From: an uncultured Gammaproteobacteria bacterium
Lineage (GTDB): Bacteria; Patescibacteriota; Patescibacteriia; Magasanikbacterales; GWA2-37-8
NCBI GenBank assembly: GCA_964510885.1
Contig: CAZEDL010000001.1
Coordinates: 312,982-376,981 of the forward strand
Direction of reading: 5' to 3'
Length of the DNA: 64,000 nucleotides
Shown here: piece by piece, positions 39,041-46,704 of the stretch
Layout of the letters: every line of letters starts with the position of its first letter
Numbering within the stretch: the first letter of the stretch is position 1
Notes under the pieces: model-generated
The model's input: only the letters and a program-made list of their open reading frames with translations
Databases searched by the model: none
What the model was told of the DNA's origin: nothing
Translations under genes and position numbers: made by a program

Positions 39041-40495
39041 TGTGGAATCTTGGGCATCTATTCTCACAAATCAGTGGCTCATGACCTCTATGATGGCCTC
39101 ATCCACCTGCAGCATCGCGGTCAGGATGCAGCCGGTATGCTTACGTTTAATAACCACTTTCATCTTAAAAAAGGTCTTGGTTATGTGCGCGACGTGTTTG
39201 ACCAAGATCATATGGAACGCTTGGAAGGTAATTGGGGTATCGGGCACACGCGCTACCCGACAGCCGGATCGCGTAGTGATGTGGAGAATGCCCAGCCATT
39301 TTATGTGTCTTCACCCTATGGTATTGCAATGGCGCATAACGGCGACTTGACGAATTACGCAGCACTCAAAACAGAACTAGAACAAAAAGATCGACGACAA
39401 TGCAACTCAAGCTCAGACCTCGAGGTGATATTGCATGTATTTGCAGCGAAACTGGAATCTTTGCCCGCGAGTAATGATTTTTTTGATGCTATTTGTCAGG
39501 CGGTAGAAGCGGTCTATACCAGAACTCGCGGTGCGTATTCTGTAGTCGGAATGATTGCCGACAAAGGCATGGTAGCTTTTCGCGATCCGCATGGGATTCG
39601 GCCCTTTGTCTATGGCGAACGAAAAAATGTTGACGGCACGACCGATTATATTTTTTCATCGGAAAATACGATGTATTACCCACTCGGATTCAGCTTGATT
39701 GGAGATGTGCAGCCAGGAGAAATTATTTTCGTCGATGCGACAGGACAACTGCATCGAAGGCAAATTCGGAAGGAGTTATTTACGCCCTGTATTTTTGAAT
39801 ATGTCTATTTGGCTCGTCCGGACGCTACCCTGAATGATGTGAGCGTTTATCGGGCACGTTTACGTATGGGTCAAAATCTGGCTCGGGCTTGGAAAAATAA
39901 ATATCCGGATGTAATTCCGGATATTGTGATTCCGGTTCCCTTTTCTTCCAATACTGCCGCACTCTCAATGGCACATGAGTTGGGCGTGCGGTATTCTGAG
40001 GGTTTATACAAAAACCCGTTTGTGGGCCGGACTTTTATCATGCCTGGTCAAGCTAAGCGACGGAAATCGGTGTTGCAAAAATTATCTCCACAAATTTTTG
40101 AGATTAAAGACAAAAATGTGCTGCTGGTTGATGACTCGATTGTCCGCGGTACCACCAGCCAGGAGGTAGTAAAATTAGTCCGTGATGCGGGAGCCAAAAA
40201 GGTCTACTTTGCCTCGGCATGCCCGCCGGTGAAATACCCTGATTTTTATGGTATTGATATGCCCACAAGCAGCGAGCTCATTGCTTCGCATAAAACCGAA
40301 GATGAGATTCGTGAATTTATCGGAGCTGATATTTTACTTTACCAAACTATTGACGATCTAGTAGAAGCCGTGACGCGTAAAGGCAACCATCATATTGATC
40401 GGCCGAGCATGCCGTATTTGGATGGGTGGTATGTGACCGGAGATATAAATAGTAACAAGCTAGAGGAATTGGAGAAGGAAAAGAAGAGCTGTTAA
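39041..40495 (+). CDS. purF: Amidophosphoribosyltransferase
   Basis: Ntn MCGILGIY, PRTase loop LVDDSIVRGTT. The six-frame ORF starts earlier, at 38999; the Met-Cys start is the likely one. Confidence 0.85.
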   Translation, partial: CGILGIYSHKSVAHDLYDGLIHLQHRGQDAAGMLTFNNHFHLKKGLGYVRDVFDQDHMERLEGNWGIGHTRYPTAGSRSDVENAQPFYVSSPYGIAMAHNGDLTNYAALKTELEQKDRRQCNSSSDLEVILHVFAAKLESLPASNDFFDAICQAVEAVYTRTRGAYSVVGMIADKGMVAFRDPHGIRPFVYGERKNVDGTTDYIFSSENTMYYPLGFSLIGDVQPGEIIFVDATGQLHRRQIRKELFTPCIFEYVYLARPDATLNDVSVYRARLRMGQNLARAWKNKYPDVIPDIVIPVPFSSNTAALSMAHELGVRYSEGLYKNPFVGRTFIMPGQAKRRKSVLQKLSPQIFEIKDKNVLLVDDSIVRGTTSQEVVKLVRDAGAKKVYFASACPPVKYPDFYGIDMPTSSELIASHKTEDEIREFIGADILLYQTIDDLVEAVTRKGNHHIDRPSMPYLDGWYVTGDINSNKLEELEKEKKSC

Positions 40496-40550
40496 TAATT
40501 ATTTAAAACAATATTAAAAGGATATTAAGCGGCTATTGAGAGGATATTTT

Positions 40551-42020
40551 ATGAATATTTTACTTGTTGGTTCAGGAGCTCGTGAACATGCCATTGCTCG
40601 AGCTATAAAGAAATCAAAGACCGAGACGAATCTTTTTTGTTTTGGTTCAAGTCGGAACCCAGGAATTATAGAACTTGTTTGTCATTCCAACGACGAAGGA
40701 GAAATCTCTGTCCGACACGATAATAACACATTGAACCAGAGATCCCTCGTCGGCGCGAGCCTCGCTCGGGATGACAGTAATGCCTACCGCGTCGGAAAAT
40801 TGGATGACGTCACTTCGATACTACAATTTGCTAAAAAAAATAAAATCGATTGGGCGATTATTGGACCTGAGCTGCCGCTGTCAGTTGGCCTGGTGGATGA
40901 ATTGAAAGCAATTAGCATTCCCTGTATTGGACCGACTAAGCAATTAGCCCAAATTGAAACGAGCAAGGCCTTTGCGCGGGATTTACTTTCTTATCATGGC
41001 GTGCCCGGACTGCCCCAGTACAAACGATTTGATTTTTTTGAAGCACTGGAAGTGATACAGGAATATATTCATTCGCTTGATGATAATTATGTAGTGAAGG
41101 CTGACGGGCTCATGGGTGGTAAGGGGGTTAAAGTCTACGGCGAGCAGCTACAAAGTTTTGAGGATACACTGCAATTTATCTTAGAAATAAAAGCAGCCAA
41201 TAGCCCATTTGTAATCGAAGAAAAATTCGTGGGGCAAGAATTTTCACTGATTAGCTTTTGTGATGGGGTACACCTGGCCCATATGCCGGCAGTGCAAGAT
41301 CATAAACGGGCCTATGTTGGCGATACCGGACCTAATACGGGTGGTATGGGCAGTTATTCGGACAGCAATCACTCACTCCCTTTTTTAACTGAAAAAGATA
41401 TTGCCCAGGCTCAAAAAATAAATGAATTAACAGCAGCGGCACTACTCAAGCAATTTGGCGTACCCTACAAAGGCATCCTGTATGGTGGTTTTATGACTAC
41501 GGCAGAAGGGGTGAAACTGATTGAATATAACGCCCGCTTTGGCGATCCGGAAAGCATTAATGTCTTGGCGTTACTGGAAACTGATTTGGTGGAAATTTGT
41601 CAGGCGATTACCAGCGGCGCCTTAGACACTATAGAGATTAAGTGGAAAAATGTAGCCACTGTTTGTAAATATGTTGTACCCGAAGGATATCCTGATAATC
41701 CGGTAAAAAATCAAGTTGTCGATGTTTCGGAAGTTAAGGATGCAGATTCTTTATATTTCGCGGCAATTGATGAACGAGAAGGAAAATTATATGAAACTGG
41801 TTCGCGAGCCATTGCGGTATTGGGTGTAGGCACCACTATTACTGAAGCGGAACAAAAAGCCGAGGAAGAAATTAAACAAATTAAAGGTTCACTATTTCAT
41901 CGGGAAGATATTGGGACAGAGGAGTTGATTGAGAAGAGAGTTCAGATAATGAGTCAAATACGCAATGAACGCAATCCCCGCTTGGGCGGGGTAGGGGTGG
42001 GTGAGTCCGCTGAGCTTTAA
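40551..42020 (+). CDS. purD: Phosphoribosylamine-glycine ligase (GAR synthetase). It has an in-frame MITE insertion (40680-40777), and its last ~16 codons come from the left inverted repeat of the DUF559 element.
   Basis: MNILLVGSGAREHAIA, ATP-grasp core, C-terminal domain. Insert CHSNDEGEISVRHDNNTLNQRSLVGASLARDDSN is palindromic DNA. The C-terminus NPRLGGVGVGESAEL is encoded by a B-family half-site. Confidence 0.85.
   Translation: MNILLVGSGAREHAIARAIKKSKTETNLFCFGSSRNPGIIELVCHSNDEGEISVRHDNNTLNQRSLVGASLARDDSNAYRVGKLDDVTSILQFAKKNKIDWAIIGPELPLSVGLVDELKAISIPCIGPTKQLAQIETSKAFARDLLSYHGVPGLPQYKRFDFFEALEVIQEYIHSLDDNYVVKADGLMGGKGVKVYGEQLQSFEDTLQFILEIKAANSPFVIEEKFVGQEFSLISFCDGVHLAHMPAVQDHKRAYVGDTGPNTGGMGSYSDSNHSLPFLTEKDIAQAQKINELTAAALLKQFGVPYKGILYGGFMTTAEGVKLIEYNARFGDPESINVLALLETDLVEICQAITSGALDTIEIKWKNVATVCKYVVPEGYPDNPVKNQVVDVSEVKDADSLYFAAIDEREGKLYETGSRAIAVLGVGTTITEAEQKAEEEIKQIKGSLFHREDIGTEELIEKRVQIMSQIRNERNPRLGGVGVGESAEL
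40680..40777. repeat. Family-A MITE-like element (copy A5) inserted in-frame in purD
   Basis: tgtcattccaacgacgaaggagaaatctctg...cagagatccctcgtcggcgcgagcctcgctcgggatgaca. The right end is ~85% identical to the TIR of the GIY-YIG element. It is read in the same frame (TGT CAT ... GAC A) as copy A3. Confidence 0.7.
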
Positions 42021-42438
42021 GAGACATACTTATGTTAAACAATCAAACCCATAAAAATTATAAGCCCTCCCTTAAGCCACTCACTCGTCACTTACGTACG
42101 AATTCTACATTAAGCGAGGTTATTTTATGGAATCATCTTAAAAATCGAGGCTTATTAGGTTATAAATTTCGACGTCAAACTCCTATTTTAAATTATATTG
42201 TTGATTTTTATTGTAAAGAATTACAGTTAGCGATTGAGATTGACGGGATAACTCATGATGAAAAAATTGAGTATGATGTGGAGCGACAGAAAAAAATGGA
42301 AAAAGTTGGTATCTTTGTGTTACGGTTTCAAGATAGTGAAATTAAAAAGGATATTGATATTATCCTGCAACGAATTGTTGAGTGGGTAAACGGCCACGCA
42401 TCGCCCTCACCCACCCCTACCCCGCCCAAGCGGGGATT
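41973..42438 (+). mobile_element. Inverted-repeat-flanked element (family B, copy B1) carrying a DUF559/Vsr-like endonuclease gene, inserted at the purD/purN junction
   Basis: Left IR aatccccgcttgggcggggtaggggtgggtgag (41973-42005). Right IR ctcacccacccctaccccgcccaagcggggatt (42406-42438), its exact reverse complement. The DUF559 ORF lies between them. Confidence 0.7.
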
Positions 42439-43036
42439 GCTATCCAGTGACGCCGGTATACACCTTGCCATCCTCGGTTCCACACGCGGTACCAATCTGC
42501 AAGCGATTATTGATGCTATTGCAGAAAAAAAATTAAACGCTTATATCGATATCGTTATCAGCAATAAAGCCGATGCCTATATTTTGGAGCGCACCAAGCA
42601 ACATGGATTACGGGTCGTTTTTATCGATAGCAGAAATAAAAGCCGAGAACAGTTTGACCAAGAAGTTTTAAATGAATTAAAAAAATATCATATTGATCTC
42701 GTCCTGCTTATCGGTTACATGCGTATCCTCTCCCCCACTTTCGTACAGACGTATAGAAATAAAATTTTAAATGTTCACCCGTCCCTACTCCCCGCCTTTG
42801 CTGGCGGGATGGACATGAATGTACATGAAGAAGTGTTAAAATCAGGGGTGACAGAAACGGGTTGTACGATTCATCTGGTTGACGATGGAGTGGATACCGG
42901 CAAGATTTTGCTGCAAAAAAAATGTACCGTTGAACCAGGGGATACGGCGGAGAGTTTGAAAGATAAAGTGCAACAATTGGAGGGAGAAGCGTGGATTGAA
43001 ATATTAAAAAATTGCAATTTAACAGATACTTTCTAA
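42032..43036 (+). CDS. purN: Fusion ORF: an N-terminal DUF559 endonuclease-domain protein (Vsr/PD-(D/E)xK-like, ~125 aa) fused in-frame, through the right IR, to phosphoribosylglycinamide formyltransferase PurN. The PurN part is ~42437-43036, with a possible TTG start at 42437.
   Basis: DUF559 signature LRTNSTLSEVILWNHLKNRGLLGYKFRRQTPILNYIVDFYC...IEIDGITHDE...VLRF. PurN: LAILGSTRGTNLQAII, NVHPSLLPAFAG, DTGKIL. There is no in-frame ATG at the PurN N-terminus. Confidence 0.7.
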   Translation: MLNNQTHKNYKPSLKPLTRHLRTNSTLSEVILWNHLKNRGLLGYKFRRQTPILNYIVDFYCKELQLAIEIDGITHDEKIEYDVERQKKMEKVGIFVLRFQDSEIKKDIDIILQRIVEWVNGHASPSPTPTPPKRGLLSSDAGIHLAILGSTRGTNLQAIIDAIAEKKLNAYIDIVISNKADAYILERTKQHGLRVVFIDSRNKSREQFDQEVLNELKKYHIDLVLLIGYMRILSPTFVQTYRNKILNVHPSLLPAFAGGMDMNVHEEVLKSGVTETGCTIHLVDDGVDTGKILLQKKCTVEPGDTAESLKDKVQQLEGEAWIEILKNCNLTDTF

Positions 43037-43040
43037 TTTT

Positions 43041-44732
43041 ATGAATCTTTCCCTCACCCCTATCACTCGCGCCCTCATCTCCGTCTCTGATAAAACCGGC
43101 ATTATTGCTTTTGCCGAAAAATTAGCTGAAAAAAATGTGGAAATTATTTCCACTGGCGGGACGGCCAAAGCCCTCGTGGAAGCAGGGATTCCGGTCATTG
43201 AAATTTCTGATTTCACTGGTTTCCCAGAAATGATGAATGGCCGAGTAAAAACCCTTCACCCCAAAGTTCATGGCGGCATTCTGGGCCTCAGGGACGCACA
43301 CGCGAGTACTGCCGCCGAGCATGGAATCAAGTGGATCGATTTGGTGGTGTGTAATCTATATCCATTCGCTGCCACTATTCAGAAACCGGGCGTGAGTGAA
43401 GACGAAGCGATTGAGAATATTGATATCGGCGGGCCGAGCATGATAAGGAGTGCGGCCAAAAATGTGGGGTGGGTCGGGGTAGTGGTTGATCCGTCAGATT
43501 ATGAGTTTGTGAAGGGTGAATTAGAAACACAAGGCGGAATCACGATCGAGACGCGAAAAAGATTATCAGCCAAAGCATTTGGGCATACGGCGGCATATGA
43601 TGCGCTGATCAGTAATTATTTTAATGCAGAGCCATTCCCCAGCGAGCTGACACTCGGCTACAAAAAATTCTATGATTTGCGCTATGGAGAAAACCCGCAT
43701 CAGCTCGCTTGCGTGTATCAAGAATCAATACCGACTGATCAGAATGTACTCGGGGCAATCATTCATCAAGGTAAGCAGCTCTCCTACAACAATATTAACG
43801 ATGCGGATGGCGCGTGGTTCACTCTCAGGGAATTCCCTGAGCCGACCTGCGTGGTAGTAAAACATGCTAATCCATGTGGGGTGGCAAGCGATAGCGATAT
43901 TACTGTAGCATTTAAACGGGCCTATGCAGCGGATGCGCTCTCGGCCTTTGGTGGTGTCATTGCTTTGAATCGACCGTGTACCGCAGCTATTGCTGAGGAG
44001 ATAGCCAAAGTCTTTGCCGAAATTGTGTTGGCTCCTTCATATGAAACTAAGGCTTTGGAAGTATTGGCACCAAAAAAGAATTTACGAGTGTTAGAAATGA
44101 AGAGAGAGGCGGCTGTACATAACACACAAAATCCCCGCTTGGGCGGGGTAGGGGTGGGTGAGACCTTTGCGTCGCCGGACTCAACGACCTCACCCACCCC
44201 TGGCCTGTGGGCCACCCCCGCCCAAGCGGGGATTGTCCGTCGACCAGTTTATAAATCTGAACTAAAAAACAATTCACCGTTAGAGTATCGTTTTATTAAT
44301 GGTGGACTGCTCGTACAGGAGCAAGATACTAAAGAGATAACTCTGCCTGACCTCAAAATTGTCACTGCTAAACAACCAAGCGAACAAGAATTACAAACTA
44401 TGCTGTTTGCCTGGAAAGTCTTGAAACACATGAAATCAAATGCGATTTTGGTTGCCAAAGACAATACCACGGTGGGAGTTGGTGTGGGGCAGGTGTCGCG
44501 CGTGGATGCGGTGGATATCGCGCTCAAGAAAGCTGGAGATCGCTTGAACGGCTCAATTTTGGCCTCTGATGCCTTCTTCCCTTTTCGCGATAGTATTGAT
44601 AAACTGGCGGGAACTGGAATTACCGCCATCATTCAACCGGGCGGGTCAGTGAAAGACAAGGAAGTGATCGAGGCCTGCAACGAGCATGGGATTGCGATGG
44701 TGTTTACGGGAGTGAGGTGTTTTAAGCATTAA
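43041..44732 (+). CDS. purH: Bifunctional AICAR transformylase/IMP cyclohydrolase, with an in-frame 35-codon palindromic insert (44130-44234)
   Basis: MGS-like N-terminus RALISVSDKTGI, AICARFT core. Insert NPRLGGVGVGETFASPDSTTSPTPGLWATPAQAGI is encoded by B-family half-sites. Confidence 0.9.
   Translation: MNLSLTPITRALISVSDKTGIIAFAEKLAEKNVEIISTGGTAKALVEAGIPVIEISDFTGFPEMMNGRVKTLHPKVHGGILGLRDAHASTAAEHGIKWIDLVVCNLYPFAATIQKPGVSEDEAIENIDIGGPSMIRSAAKNVGWVGVVVDPSDYEFVKGELETQGGITIETRKRLSAKAFGHTAAYDALISNYFNAEPFPSELTLGYKKFYDLRYGENPHQLACVYQESIPTDQNVLGAIIHQGKQLSYNNINDADGAWFTLREFPEPTCVVVKHANPCGVASDSDITVAFKRAYAADALSAFGGVIALNRPCTAAIAEEIAKVFAEIVLAPSYETKALEVLAPKKNLRVLEMKREAAVHNTQNPRLGGVGVGETFASPDSTTSPTPGLWATPAQAGIVRRPVYKSELKNNSPLEYRFINGGLLVQEQDTKEITLPDLKIVTAKQPSEQELQTMLFAWKVLKHMKSNAILVAKDNTTVGVGVGQVSRVDAVDIALKKAGDRLNGSILASDAFFPFRDSIDKLAGTGITAIIQPGGSVKDKEVIEACNEHGIAMVFTGVRCFKH
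44130..44234. repeat. Family-B palindromic MITE-like element (copy B2), with no cargo gene, in-frame inside purH
   Basis: aatccccgcttgggcggggtaggggtgggtgag ... ctcacccacccctgg..cccgcccaagcggggatt. Both half-sites are the same as those flanking the DUF559 gene. Confidence 0.75.
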
Positions 44733-44738
44733 TTTACT

Positions 44739-44880
44739 TGTCATTGCGAGGAGTGATCCCGATTCGCATCGGGAGAACGACGAAGCAATCCCTTTGATTT
44801 CAGAACTACTTAAAATTAAAAATACCCCTGCAAACAAGGGGATTGCCACGTCTTCGCTTGGGCTCCTCCTCGCAATGACA
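44739..44880. repeat. Family-A MITE-like element (copy A6), nested palindromes, intergenic between purH and the amidohydrolase
   Basis: tgtcattgcgaggag...ctcctcgcaatgaca outer IR. Inner hairpins atcccgattcgcatcggga and aatcccc..ggggatt. The terminal cAATGACA supplies an in-frame ATG to the downstream ORF. Confidence 0.7.
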
Positions 44881-44892
44881 CAGTATCATTTT

Positions 44893-46266
44893 ATGAATAA
44901 CTTCTCTCGTTCCCCTCGCTATAACGTACTCAAACCAGACCATGAGCCCAAGCGAATTCTTATTCATGGATTACGTTTTATATTGACTAGCAGCGAATCT
45001 GAGAGATTAAGTGTGGTACCCGACCAATCATTACTTATTGAGGACGGAGAAATCACTGAGCAATTTCCTAAAAAAGAATTGGACAAAAGGGTTGATCTCA
45101 AAACCATCGATCTCATTTATGATGCCGAACAAAAAGGTGGAATTGTTGCAACGCCGGGCTTTATAAATCTACATTCTCATCCGCCGATGTATCTGCTGCG
45201 CTCCACCCTTACACTGGCTGAGGATAATTTGGAAGAAGCGCTGCGCGGCATGGCGAAGCTCGAAGCCAAAATGAATACTGAGGATTTTTACCTCGGAGCA
45301 CTCGGTGACTTTACGGAGCAGCAAAAATCAGGAATCACGACTACGCTCAGCCACTATGGCGTGTTCGATCCGATTGAGCGAGCGGCGAGTGAATCGGGAC
45401 AGCAGGTTATTAATTGCTTATCGGCAGCAAGCAATTCACATCCAGAGAATACGCCAGCCTTGGTAGAAAAGTACTTGAAGAAAAAAAATACGGTGACTAC
45501 GCCTGGTATTGCCCTGCACTATGTGTGGAAAGCAACTCCACCGACGCTGAAAAAGATTGCCGCTTTGATTAAAAAATACAACGCGTACTTTACGGTGCAT
45601 GTGGCCGAGAGCGAACAGACCGTGGAGCGGTGCCTCGAGGCCTATGGCGAGCGGCCGGTGGCAGTCTTGGCCAAATATGATTTACTGGGGCCGCGAACGA
45701 TCATTAGCCATGCGGTCCATTTGACTCCCGAAGAAATTAGCATCATTAAAAAAACAGGGACTATCGTGGTGCACCTGCCTACTTCGAATTTGTTGCATCG
45801 TTCAGGACAATTTAAGTATACAGAATTTTCGCGGCAGCAAGCCAAACAGTTGATTACGCTCGGGACTGATAGCGTGATCAGTAAGAATCGGCTGGATTTA
45901 CTGAGCGAAGCGTTGGCCATGAAGACGTTGCATCAGGCTAAAGAAATTATTTCGTACGAAGAATTATTTAATGTGCTCACGGCACAACCGGCTAAGCTCC
46001 TCGGATTAAAAAAGCTCGGTCAGATTAAACCGGGCTTTACGGCGAATTTGTGTTTTTGGAAGCTGAAAGATCGAGGGCTATTGCCGTATGATGAGGACCA
46101 TCCGGAAACTCTGGTGAGTAATTTAATTACTCATGGGAGTCGCGGAGTGCGGGATTTGATGATTAAGGGGCGATTTGTTATTAGTAATCGGTATCATAAT
46201 TTGGTGGATGAGAGTGGGCTATTGGAGAAACTACAGACAGCACATATGGAACTGAGAAAACGTTAA
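44893..46266 (+). CDS. Amidohydrolase-superfamily protein (metal-dependent deaminase-like, e.g. guanine/adenosine-type). The six-frame ORF starts at 44794, inside the MITE.
   Basis: GFINLHSHPPMY metal-binding HxH, and later H and D ligands (VHVAES, HAVHL, GTDS). Confidence 0.6.
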   Translation: MNNFSRSPRYNVLKPDHEPKRILIHGLRFILTSSESERLSVVPDQSLLIEDGEITEQFPKKELDKRVDLKTIDLIYDAEQKGGIVATPGFINLHSHPPMYLLRSTLTLAEDNLEEALRGMAKLEAKMNTEDFYLGALGDFTEQQKSGITTTLSHYGVFDPIERAASESGQQVINCLSAASNSHPENTPALVEKYLKKKNTVTTPGIALHYVWKATPPTLKKIAALIKKYNAYFTVHVAESEQTVERCLEAYGERPVAVLAKYDLLGPRTIISHAVHLTPEEISIIKKTGTIVVHLPTSNLLHRSGQFKYTEFSRQQAKQLITLGTDSVISKNRLDLLSEALAMKTLHQAKEIISYEELFNVLTAQPAKLLGLKKLGQIKPGFTANLCFWKLKDRGLLPYDEDHPETLVSNLITHGSRGVRDLMIKGRFVISNRYHNLVDESGLLEKLQTAHMELRKR

Positions 46267-46273
46267 TTTCTAC

Positions 46274-46688
46274 TGTCATCCCGAGGAACGAGGGATCCCC
46301 TGGTTTGAGTAAGTAGTAAATAAGCAGAAATATATATGTTACAACCAACTTACTACATCTACTTCCTCATGAACGCCTATCATAGTGTCCTGTATGTGGG
46401 TGTTACCAATGATTTAGCCAGACGTATTTCAGAACATAAACAGCATTTAATTCCTGGTTTTACCAAAAAATATAATGTTGATAATTTAGTTTATTGCGAA
46501 TCATTTAGTGATATTAATCAAGCAATTCAACGAGAGAAAGAATTGAAGGGGTGGCGACGTTCGAAAAAATTAGAATTAATAAAAAGCATCAATAGTGACT
46601 TAAGAGATTTGAGTAAGGAGTGGGAGTAATTTTTTATTATTTTACTGGGCACTGCATACAGGGGGATCCCTCCTTCGTCGGGATGACA
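46274..46688 (+). mobile_element. Inverted-repeat-flanked element (family A, copy A7) carrying a GIY-YIG nuclease gene
   Basis: Left TIR tgtcatcccgaggaacgagggatcccc (46274-). Right TIR ggggatccctccttcgtcgggatgaca (-46688). The two are ~28 bp, reverse complements of each other, ~85% identical. A single 97-codon ORF lies between them. Confidence 0.7.
46336..46629 (+). CDS. GIY-YIG family nuclease (URI-domain, YhbQ/COG2827-like)
   Basis: YYIYFLMNAYHSVLYVGVTNDLARRISEHK...REKELKGWRRSKKLELI matches GIY..YIG, the catalytic R and E, and the KxWxRxxK tail. Confidence 0.8.
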   Translation: MLQPTYYIYFLMNAYHSVLYVGVTNDLARRISEHKQHLIPGFTKKYNVDNLVYCESFSDINQAIQREKELKGWRRSKKLELIKSINSDLRDLSKEWE

Positions 46689-46704
46689 AGAACGATTGAA
46701 CTTG

